A stretch of 64,000 bases of DNA from Sphagnum compactum (Eukaryota). Of this stretch, positions 1-11,700 are shown piece after piece (the stretch's first letter is position 1; each line of letters opens with the position of its first letter). The position numbers were made by a program, and so were the translations under genes. A model generated the notes under the pieces. It worked only from the letters and a program-made list of their open reading frames with translations. It was not told the DNA's origin and did no database searches. The stretch lies in NCBI GenBank assembly GCA_965153455.1, contig OZ234493.1, forward strand, positions 18,280,213 through 18,344,212, written 5' to 3'.

Positions 1-23
1 CCAAATGCTTGGTCAAAATTCAA

Positions 24-1500
24 TCACCCATTGTACCAGTCCAAGAAGAACGGAGTAATGATAAGAATAGAGAAGATTAGTATGATAGGTATATGGCAGG
101 CTACTGCTGTTGCACTTCTGAGTTTTGTTTAGCTCTTTGTTTCCGTTCTGTTTGTTGTTTGCAGCCTCAACTGCCTGCAGACCAAATATGAACCCACAAT
201 GAGTAAGATCACTAACAGATCAATTTACAACCAAAGATAGCATCATGACTCTGATGACATGGGGGGGGGGCAGGGCGAGAGACAGAGAGAGAGATTGCCT
301 ATAGGAAAAGCAGCTCTATTTGCTGGGCTTGATGAAGAACATGGGTGGAAAACAAATGACATTTCCAGGATACTTTGCTCTGTCTCTTGTACCACATCCA
401 TCATATTTGTAGTCTCTATCTGTTGCATCCACAAACTGTTAGGTGAATGGACCCGCAGACTGTCTTGTGCTATTGAGCTATGATCATTGTTTAAAGTGGA
501 GCTAAGAATCATAAGCAAGCCTGCCTTTGAAGACCACTCTACTCAATCCAATCTTTTCTGACAGATTCAAGAAAACTGCAAAAAAATGTACACAAAAACT
601 GTGTACCTATAGGGCATGTGTTTCATCGTGGATCAATTCTTGTCTAGCCTCAAGCACCTCTAGTCGGGAGTCCTGATGAGTTAGCCAGTCTCTTGAGTAT
701 GTACTATCATCTGCTTGTAATTGTTGTGACAGGTTCAGGAGGAGGAAGAAGTTTTGGACCCAGATGGCACTTGGGTATTCACTTATCAATGGCATCTTGG
801 AAGTGGACTGCCCTCAAGTTATCAAAATGTGCTGTGATTGAATGAAGCCGTTTGCTTAATATGAGTACCTGGATATCAGGATGTGCCTATCAGTAGATTT
901 CCATGATGAACAACATGTAATTCAACAATCAAACATTGCCTACACTACTGTCAAGCACAGATGGAGGAGAGCACTTGCATGAGTGTTGATGAGAAATTCA
1001 CAAACCATACCATGCTGATGGGGCAATACAGTCTGTGTTTTGAGAACCTCTTCCCATGATGCTAGCCAACTGGCAGGCACCATGGGCCTGCTTCTCCTCT
1101 ATTCCAATGCTATTCTTTAGCACCTCAATGCACTCTCGGTATGCTTTGACAAACAAACCAACCTGTAACAAAAGAAAACATGAGCTATTCTCTTCAATAT
1201 ATAGCCAGCCATCTGTCTGCAAATTTGAAGTTACAGAAAAGAATAATGCAATCATGCTTGGCAGCAAGCCAAGGTTATAGGTTTAGGGCTTAGGGTTTAT
1301 TCAGGTCACTGAAGCAGGTATCATCACAACCTCTAACCAGTAAGCTGGCAGTAATAGACAGGGTCCACAGATGGGGCACACTCTCTAGTACCTCATTTTC
1401 AATCTTGTCGCGATCTTGCTCATTGCTTCGATTATTATTCAAGTAGTCTTTCCCATGCTTCATCAATCACAAACACATGCACTGCTCTTACATTCCCCAA
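24..1500 (-). pseudogene. SYP81: Syntaxin-81/Syntaxin-18 (Ufe1-type ER Qa-SNARE) non-processed pseudogene
   Basis: Hand translation of five exon-like blocks with splice-like boundaries (~1391-1500, ~1005-1162, ~607-869, ~298-420, 24-174) gives MKHGKDYLNNNRSNEQDRDKIENE / VGLFVKAYRECIEVLKNSI..IAHQHGM / VLILSKRLHSITAHFDNLR..QELIHDETHAL / HLFSTHVLHQAQQIELL / AVEAANNKQNGNKELNKT..FFLDWYNG*. This is collinear with recalled plant SYP81, with multiple frameshifts and in-frame stops. Confidence 0.8.
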
Positions 1501-1859
1501 CTGCAAAAATTCGAAAATTCCACCAGTCCATCAAATCATTTCTTTTTGTGTAGCAAGGATCTTCTTCACAGGTAGCCTTATCTTTGGCTTTACATCAAGT
1601 CTTCAGTCTTGCTAGAAGATGCGGAATGTTGACCTGACACAAAGCTTCAGAGCACCATATCCAAGAAGCTTGACATCATGAAGCTCAAGCTGTTCAATCC
1701 AAATCTAACTCAATTGTTTCAGCTTTCATGCCTGATTGAAAGCTAGAAAATGCAGTAGGAAACAGGGGACGAGAAAGAAAAGATGATGATGATGATGATG
1801 ATGCAACTTATGATTTCAATGGCGGTGGGGGCGAAGGTTGATTGAGAATTCACCTACCA

Positions 1860-2613
1860 TCTATGAAGGAAGTTAGTTTGTTTGTTGGCCTTGCCTACCA
1901 AGGCAAGGATATTGTGTTCAGATTCATTATAGAGTATAGTAGCTTCATGGATTTTGGCCCCAAGGTAATAAGTCTATTTTTATATGAGGATTTTTGAAAG
2001 ATGATATTTTGGCTTGTGTTGAAACTTGAGATTAGTTATAGAGTTATAATAATATCTTGAAGGATTTTGGTTTCTTTTAGAGGATTTTTTGAAGATTATA
2101 TTTTTGCATTGTGAAATATTTCCATTTCCATAATTTTTCCTTTGCCTTAAGATATGTTTTAATGTAAATGGCAAGGCCACAGTGTGACGCACCGCTTGTT
2201 TTGTTTGTCACATTGAGATCTCCCAAACCACAACACCTCTTGCTGTGCTCTTGGTACTGTTTGAAAGCTCTAGATGAGTAGTAGGGGTGCAAGGACTTTG
2301 GTTTCATACTGTTTCAACCTAAAATGGAGAAGTTATTGACTATTGAACAATTCTTTCACTGAAAAGTCATTCAAATCAAAACTAAAAATTATAGGGGAAT
2401 TTTGAGTGCGCTCTTGATATTGTTGGAAAACCCTCAATGAATAAAAGATTCAATGAAAAGTGATTTGGAAATTTTGAAACCTTGGGAGATATTGTATTTT
2501 TTGAGTGAGTTTTTGTCATTGAAAATTCAATTAAATTGCAAAAAATGGTTTCGGAAGGAAATTTTAGTTGAGTAACCGGTTCACACTTGGGCCAATGGCA
2601 CAAGCTACACTAA
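1860..2613 (+). mobile_element. Non-autonomous Helitron-like repeat (same family as 38390-38953)
   Basis: Starts A|TCTATGAAGGAAG..TAGTTTGTTT and ends CACACTTGGGCCAATGGCACAAGCTACACTAA|T. Both termini are shared with the 38390-38953 copy; no TIR or TSD is seen. Confidence 0.5.
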
Positions 2614-2751
2614 TACCATGTGAAAGATGGCAGTATTCCCATTATGATATGTGTGGTAAGCCCCCTAAACCTCAATTTGATCTGTCAGGCAAAAAGTGTC
2701 ATTATTGATGCAATGTATAGGTTTACTGTTAAGGGTTCAAGGTAGAGTTAA

Positions 2752-3072
2752 GGGTCACTTTAAATGAGGATCTAAGGTCCTAGGTCCCATGAAATAGAGC
2801 AATCCTATTGGTTGAGAGCCATAAACTGGACCCATGGCCTTTCGATGAGGGTCCAAGACCAAAAAGTGGCAAATTGAGGCTAAACCTACATGGCACCATT
2901 TTGGAGGGAAAATCGATCGGTGGTTCAGACCCAAAAAAAGGAGCTCAAATGAGAGCTCATGATTCCGAGAGCCAAGATGCAAACTAGGGTCCAAGGCATG
3001 GTCCAACTCAAGGATTCAATTTGATTCAAGTTCCTAGGGATTTGGACCCTGGGACCCCATCTAAAGTGGGCC
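2752..3072. mobile_element. PIF/Harbinger-type (Tourist-like) MITE
   Basis: Imperfect TIRs GGGTCACTTTAAATGAGG ... CCCCATCTAAAGTGGGCC, flanked by TAA on both sides; non-coding. Confidence 0.65.
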
Positions 3073-5572
3073 TAAGGTGTAGGCTGTGAATGGCCTCATA
3101 TATCATAATATCATTTGGTGGGACATGGGTTAAAAAGTGGTGAGTATGTGTGAGACTGGACCAGCTGAATACCTTACCCTAAGGTTAGTTTCATCATTAA
3201 ATAATCTTCAAAATAGTGAAACTAATTTTTGTCTAAATATGAAGTTGACTTGTTGAAAATCATCATAATTATCATAGTTTACACTCAAAATAAATTCATT
3301 ACATAGTAGATCATGGGAAGTTTTTTAAATAAAAAATTCAAAATTAAAAAGAATTAATTTTTGAAAAAAAAAATTATTCGTTTTGTCAATGCGAAAATTG
3401 ACCCTAAGCTTCGGTAATGCACAGTTTTGTTCATTTGGTCCAACCTTTTGAGGATTTTTCAAAATGTGTGTTTTAATTGTGAATTTATTGTCACTTCTTT
3501 CTTATTTTTTGAATTATCTTATTTCTTTTGTATTAATGGGATAAAATTAGGATTAATTTATTAACTGAGTTTATTCCTTTTATCACCTTGGTGTGACTCT
3601 AGCTCTAATAGATTGGATCTAGCTTCTTTTTTTGGAATTTGAAATGGATGTGGCTTGGGTGCTATGGTTGAATATGAAAATGTGGATATTTATTTTTCAA
3701 TAACTTTGTTTTTCTTCACTTTAAATGCATGTATAGTGGTGTGGCTGTTTGGGGCTCTTGGGTGATGGAAAACTTTAAGATTTTTTTAAAAACTTAAGTG
3801 TTGGACATTTGCCTATTACCTTAGCTCTACTTGGAGTTTTTCTTGGACTCAAAATGGAAAAAATGTTGTCCTAGTCATGGTTTCTTCAATATGAGTGTGG
3901 AGATTTTTCAATAATAAAAAATTTCATCAATAGACCATCTTAATTAGATAGAAAGCTCTCAAATAAAAAAATTATTTATGCAAATATATTACAAATTGCA
4001 TACTCCAACCACATTCCCTATTTGGGCCTCTATATGTACATGTTTATCACACTAATTGTATAATGTTAAATATTCCCTTATCCCCACCAATGTTTTTTAA
4101 GGAATTTTTAATGTAGCTTAAATAGCAATACTCCATAAGAATACATGGAAAACATGGGGAACCAAATATAAAAATTTAAAGATTTTTATTATTTTTTCCT
4201 CAAATTTTCCAATTGAAACCTTCCAAAATCACTTTGATTTCAAATTTCTAGTTTTCCTTTATGAAAAATTTTATCCATAAAAAAAGGGTGTTCCTTTTAC
4301 CACCCTTTGGAAGGGCATTGTATCTTGGCCGTATTTATAGGCCCAATTTGAGTTTCATATTATTTGATTATTATACTTCATCCAAAATATATTGTATATG
4401 CCATATGATTGTTCTAAGGGGATATGTCTTTAAAAGCTTTAGTTGTCTTATGACCAAGGAATGATTTTTGTTTAATGTAACAATAAGATGTACATTTGTG
4501 AATTGTAAATTATAATTAAGACTGTCAAGCACCCTAGACCTCCATGCTTGATTGGTGGGCTCAAATTTCATGGACATAATTCAAAATGCATTGAAAATTT
4601 GGTTGTTGGATTTTTTTTGGATTGCTACAAGATGGCCTTTATTTTTTGTTGTGTAAAAAGGTCTTTTCATGTTAAGGAATTCCATTGATGACTTTTTACT
4701 AAACCTTTTAAACTTTGGGGCATAGAATGAAGTCATGTGTTGAAAAAAATGTAACTATAATAAATAGCATTGGTTCAATAAGTTTCAACCAAAAAATCAT
4801 GTAAATTATGAAAAATACATGCTTTTCTGACTATGATGAATTTGTTTTACTTTTTAAAAATTCTATAATTATCAATTTATGAAATGTAACAATACTAAAA
4901 TTATCAATTGTTAACCATTCACTTTTGTAACATCTTGATAATTAATTAATAATTTATAGCTTTTATGGTTGTTGTTGTGTGTAGCAAAACTACATATGTG
5001 ACATTTTAAACAATATTTTTTAACATGAAGACACCTAAAAGGATATTAACATTATTTTTTGCAAGGAAGGGGATGACGGTGAATTAAAAATCACCCTTAT
5101 AATTTAGAATTGAGGTTTGTTCAATACTTGATAGGTAAGTATTTATAATTATAATAAATGAAATTATTGTGGGTTGCATGTTATATTTCTTTCCTTTTGG
5201 AACATGAATAGTTTTGAACATGAGTAGTACTCAAAGTGAAACATCTATTCAAAAAATGAACTTGGCATTCACTTCATCTAAACCTAATTATCTTCTAACA
5301 CCCTTTCCTTTTTCCTTACAAATCACAAATTTCCTTTTTTTGCGATGAAATTTATCACATTTAAAATCCTCTTGAGTCAATGATGTTGCAAAGAAAAATG
5401 TGCGAATCTTAACTTGCCTTTCCTTTGACATAATGACTCCCCCTTCTTCCTAAAACAAAAAAATTACCCCAAAACAAAATAAAAATAAAAATTATTGATC
5501 ATTTTGAAACTAAATAAAAATGCAACAAAATTATTTAATACCCTCAACAAGAAACATTACTTTTCTTTGTTA

Positions 5573-5948
5573 GAGCATCTCCACCAGTGTTTAGTATGTG
5601 ACTCTAGACAATAAAATTTATTGCAAAAAAGTCAAAATGTGTCAATTTAGCTTAAGAAATTGGTTTTTTTACACCAAATTCATGCAACTTGTTGTGGTTG
5701 GTGAAAGGCTTAACACAATTGTGCACCTTTGAAAAAGAATGCAATAAAGTGGACTTGACTGCAGTTCAATATTTTTGTTTGGTCGAAGATAAATGATTGG
5801 TCTAGGTGGTTTGCTATTAGTAGTCCCCACGTATATGCAGTTCCAGTTACAATTTTATTGGTGAGGTTGCAAAAAAAACAAAAAAACAAAACTTAGACAT
5901 AAAATTTTATTATCCACAATGACATATCAAGCACCGGTGAAAAAGCTT
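5573..5948. mobile_element. PIF/Harbinger-type MITE (GAGCATCTCCA family), degenerate right TIR
   Basis: Left TIR GAGCATCTCCACCAGTGTTTAGTATGTGAC, right end GCACCGGTGAAAAAGCTT, TTA on both flanks. Internal sequence resembles 25541-25918. Confidence 0.6.
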
Positions 5949-7615
5949 TTATGGCCATATTTTCAAGTTTCCATCATTGTTGCTTTCAAGGTTTCACTTT
6001 GTTTTCCACTTAAGTTTTAGGTCTTTGGATTCACATTAGCTTGGATTGTTATTATTGTTGCAAAGTCAATTGTTTTATATAGTTTTAACATGTCAATGAA
6101 CTTTACCAATGACTAGATACCAAAATGTTCTAGTGATACTAATAGTTTATAACAATGGGTCAAAGTCAATGTTAAAAATTAACATATGAATTGAATAAAT
6201 TTGGCACAAGATTAATAGTAACAAGAAGATTTCAGCATGATGTCAATTATTTCAACAACACATGGAAAAGGAAAAGATTGTCAAAACAATGAATTGAAGG
6301 TTTAGAACAAGTAAATAAAAAGAAAACAAGAAAAACAACACAATTAAAACATTATCTTCCAAGAACAAAGTGGGCATAGAAAAAAAATTATTAGCAAGAG
6401 ATTTTGTAAATTATATATAAGTTTAAATGGAATTACAGATAAACAAAAGTCTCATGGTTTAGTAACCAAATAATCCTTGATCCAATCAATTGGTAATTGT
6501 TTCAACCTTGTTTTAAACATGAATATGTAGATGCAAATGTTTCCAAGTTGATGCCAATGGGTTTTGAGTTCTTGCAAGATTTAATCCATCTTTAAGTTCA
6601 AATAAAAGTTCCATATTATTAGCACTTTCATCTTCACTGATCATATTGTGTACCTTACCATGATGTCAAAAATTCATGTTTCAATTCTTATAATTGATGG
6701 TTTTGAATTATGGTAAATTGATATTGAACTAGTTGAAACATCCTTTTCACATTTTCATGTGTTTTGTTTTGCATATTTGTAAATTGTAACTATTCATTTT
6801 CTTCTTGATGTTCATGTAGAAAATCCATTTTGGAAATGATTAATTTTAAAATTGTCAAATGATATTAAAGTTGAAAACCAATCAATTCTTGGTTTTATAA
6901 CAAAATGCAAACTCAAGGTGCATTCCTTAATTTTCACAAAGAAAAAGGACATGGGAGTTTTAGGATGGGAGAAGGTTGAAATCACAATCATGAATTCAAA
7001 TTGAAAATAAATTTACATAAATAAAAAAAGATTGGTGGTTAACGCAAATTGTAGCCAAGATGATGCATGAACAAACCATGGGCAATTTAATTCATAAGAC
7101 ACATCATGGCTTAGATTTGGGACAAATCCATCATTCTCCATCTTATAATATATTTTGTAATTGCAATGGGGTTACATTAAAGTGGCAAAAGAAATCCTAA
7201 AAATATTAGGAGGGAGTTTCCAAAGTTTTCAATTGTGACTTTTGCACCCTTATGGAGTCATAAGTTTTATATAAAGTTTTTAATTGAAAAATTCCTAATT
7301 GAAAAGTTATAGCTTTTAAAAAAACTTTCCAATGTCATATCACATGTTCAATTGAGAGTTCATTTGAGTCATTTTTTCTTATGTTTTGATATTAGTTAAG
7401 AGTCAAACTATTGGTTTGGCCTTAATTTTCATTTTGTTTTATTGTGAACTTTAAATCTCAAATTGGGAAAACCACTTTGGAGTGTTGGGACTCACTTTCT
7501 CACATTTGTGAAAAGGTGTTTGAGTCTTGAAACATTTTCTTGGCCACTTCTCCCAAAAATTAAGGTCACAATTAATACTACTTAAGATACCATGTTTTCA
7601 TTTGACAAAACTTAG

Positions 7616-8330
7616 TTAATTGGATTCATCAATAAACACACCTACAATAGAAAAGAACTTATCAAACATGTTGACATCATTGTTCTTTCTAAACAAGTGA
7701 AAAAAATTCATGTTAAAAAAAAATGGTTTGACAATGACCATGCATGGCTTACATAGAATAATTCCCTTGTTTTTTCCTTGCCTTGAAATTGGCCTTGCCA
7801 TGTCATAGGGCAAATTTTCCACATAGTGCGTGTAATTGATGTATGCAATCATCCCACAAAATCCATGGTATTTTGGTTGATCTTTGATTTGCCTTTTGAT
7901 AAATCTTTCTTGAGTTTCTTGAAATAGGTAGATTAAAAAATGGTTATGATGACCACCACTTGAGTTGTTCCATCGGTTCTTTATAAACTTTGACTCAACT
8001 TGCAATATTTGGGTGACGCTCACATTATATGCAAACATCCTAACATCATAAATATATTTTTAAATGAATGAGAACCCAAGACACATAGTTGCATCTCTCC
8101 TTCAATAAAGTATGGATCACGAAGACAAAGGATTTCAATGATTCTTAAGAACCTATATTGATTAATTGATATTTGATTCAATGTTTGGGTTGATTAGATG
8201 TTTTCCACTCAATATCCACCCTAACATTTAGACTTGACATCAAGGTAAAACTTGAACAATGTTAATACTTAAGAGCCAAGTCATGCATAAATAAAACTAT
8301 CTACTTCAAGTTGCTTTCTTTATGGCATAT
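7616..8330 (-). mobile_element. Degenerate PIF/Harbinger DDE transposase fragment
   Basis: Minus-strand peptides RDATMCLGFS..RMFAYNV, HGFCGMIAYINYTHY and KNNDVNMFDK resemble the plant Harbinger motifs RDATGxLGLS..RMLAYG, RGFPGMxGSIDCMH and GSNNDINVLDRS; frameshifted. Confidence 0.55.
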
Positions 8331-8744
8331 TTACGGCAAGTTGCTATCCAAATTCTTGAATGAAAACTGAGATTTTGCCTTTCCATATTCATCATCTATA
8401 AAGTATGCAAATTTTTAATGTAATAAAATGACCCTAAATTCCAATCTATTTCAATTTTCAAGGAATTATTAGGTAATTTATAGTATGATGGGTTCTAGTG
8501 GCCACATTTTCGTGTTAAATGATAGTTGGGGTTTTTTAATGGCATATATGGTTTTGACAATTCATATGTTCATATTAGATAGTTATTTGTGAATTGTGCA
8601 ATCTAGATTTCATATGTGTTACATTACAAGAAAAAAATTGATTCATTTTTCTTTAACATAGTTCTAATATACCTTCTACTTTTATGCCCTAAAAGACGAA
8701 AATTTTGTCAAGTTCTTATGACAAAAGAAAATTCTACTTGTCTT

Positions 8745-11700
8745 TTAATGGTATGATTCGAATGTAGATTGTGGTAAGAAAGGTTCGAAGGTAGAAATGT
8801 AACCTATAATTGCAATGACAGCCAGAGCAACAAACACCATGTCATTACCTGCAAAAAAAAACATAGAAAATGTCCCAATCCAACTCTACTATTAGTGACA
8901 ATTTATGAAATTGCAAACAACAATTTTGTAGGTAACATGACAATGGGTCCAGCCATAACCTTGTGAGAGTCACTCACAAAACACTTTAGACCATCATCAC
9001 CTTTGTCACAGATATCAATGACAAGTTGCTATATAACTACCCACCGACTTCATCATCTCTCAATGGTGGATGTAGTTAAGTACACAATTTTGTAGGTACC
9101 ATGACAATGGGTGTAGTCATAATCTTATGGTAGTGGCTCACAACGTGTCAAACCACCACCTTCTTCACAAATGGCAGTGAACAAGTTGCCATGACTAACT
9201 ACTACTACCCATTGACTTCATCAGCTCCTAATGGTGGGTGTAGATAAGTACATAATAATCCACTGAAAATCTAAGCAAACCACTATACAAAATCTTGTCA
9301 TGAGTTTCTGTTGCATGTTTGGATGCAATGGGAGGATTCAGTCAAGAGATGTAAATTAGCTAACTCACACTAAAATTGGAAAAGGAGCAAGTTTCTAGCT
9401 TGAACCCCTCAAGAAACAAATCACAATTAAGCTTCGATAATAACCATGTGATGAAAAACAGACCTGGTAAGATATAAGCATCTTGACGTTTTTGTCCCCA
9501 TGCAAAACTGCACATTTTCCAAACCAGTGTAGACTTGTGTAAGTACAAGAATCAAACAAGGTTTTTGTTGGTCTCTGTTAGACAACAGATCAGATCATGT
9601 TGTCTTCAACTAAGGTCAACTTGTAGGCACTTGGATTAACATCCCACATATTCAAAAGCATTCTTAGATTCATATTATGTTTGCAGTTTATCTACAAATA
9701 AGAGAATTGAAGAACACATGTTTAATATGCAAAGGGTTTATTGAAGGTATTACAGGGAGCCACCGACTGCGGGTCCTATGGCTTTGAATATAGATACCAC
9801 AGTCATTGACACCCCATTTGCTACTCCCCTTTCTTCCTGTGGCTGTCAAACATACATGCAGTCGGTCAATCCAAAATGTAGTAATGGTGTCTATACTTTC
9901 CTTGATGCACAGCACAAAAATGTTCTTGGCTTGTGTGTGTTGGAGAAAGATCATACCACGGAATTGTTCAGTAATATAAATGAGGCATTGAGAATCATCA
10001 TCTACATTCCACAATACAAACAGCAGGTCAGAACAGTTCTAGCTGCTTCAAGCAACTCCACAAACAATGGCCATTGTCTCAAGCCACTGATCACACTGTT
10101 GATGTCTATATGCAAAGTTATAATCCACATATGTTTGCCAAAAAAAGAATGAAATTGTGAGTAGAAATGGATTGTGGCAAATTATGTTGCCCTTTCAAAA
10201 CATGACAAAGGAGTACGGCAACGTACAGAGAAAAATGTTTTCACAATAGATGCAAGATTCAAGATCACCCAGAGCACCCATCCATGAAGTATTGTAATTC
10301 CTGGATAAGCAAGGATCAATGGTACTGAAAGCACCTACAAAAAACCACAAGGAAATATTAAAGGGACTTTGCTAGATCTATCATTGTAAAATAAGCTTGG
10401 ATCATTTCAGATCTTGTGGTCATTTGTCTGCTTCAAGCGGAAAAAAAACTTTTTTGAACTGAGATAGTTCACAAATCAAGAAGCCTGATTTGATGACTTT
10501 CTAAAACACATGATTTGATGGGTATATGGCAGCTTTTGTCTTACTGCTGGTACACGTGTTGTCATTATCGGTCCCAGGAAATTTGCTAAATGCGGAAAGA
10601 TGAGGATTTGAAATACCATCAGAGCAAAGCCTTTTGGAACAAACCCATCATCACACACACCCACCAGTAGTAGAAACTAAAAGCATTAGCTGAAGAGAGC
10701 CAGAGACAAGACCATAAGCAGAGAAACCACTATGACAATATCCATAAGAAAATGTGAAATCAACATGGCAAAGAATTCAAAGACCTTGAATTTAGTGTAC
10801 AAAATGATTTGAGAGGGTGCAAACCTTGATGAGACATAGGAGAACCACACAGGCTAACATCTCAATGCACTGGTACCAGTGGATGCAATCTAGGGTGGAA
10901 GTTTGTGAAGTGAAGCTTCTTTTTAAAAACAGGAGGTTAAATCCCAAAAAACATGAAATTTTGCACCTGATATTCCAAGTACTTTGCCAACATTGTCTGT
11001 TGTGAAGTTAAGACCTCCAGTTGACTTCGGGGTAACACACCATAAAGAGAAGATCTGCATGGCCCTTCTTCATCATCAGGTTGATGCACTATAAATGTGA
11101 AACTTGGTGCAAATCAGAACACAAAGACTTTAGACTGCTTGTGAAGTCAACTGACATCTTGTAATGGACTACAAGTGTGACCCTTTTCTGGCAAACATAA
11201 TATAATTGTATGAGCTTGAAATCTGAAAGACTTTTCAACAACGATCGAACAACAGCAGTCAAATCTAACACGATTCAAGTCAGCCAACAAGGTTCGTAAT
11301 GTTGTAGGTCAAATGAAGAAGTACCTCAGAATATGCCATATCATGGAAAGAACATATGCAGGAAACAGCCATGGCACCTATGAAGGGCTTCCTACTCAAG
11401 AGTGACCTCTTCACATCCTGCTTAACTTCGATCAAGTCCTCTGTAGGTGTCGAGAATTCCTCCAGTTCTTGATCAGTAACATTGACACATAGCATCTGCT
11501 GCCCGAGTTGCTCTATTGAATTATCAAATAGCATCAGTGCATTAAATGAGGGTTTAGGGTTTATGCATCATCAACCCGCAAACACATCAAATGGTGAATG
11601 GTTTTTCTCAACCATTGCACTGAATGTTTTGGAAAACACTCGACTGCGGTCTTTCGAAAATTGTAAATTGGAGAGAAGAACTGGGGTTATTGATTGCTGT

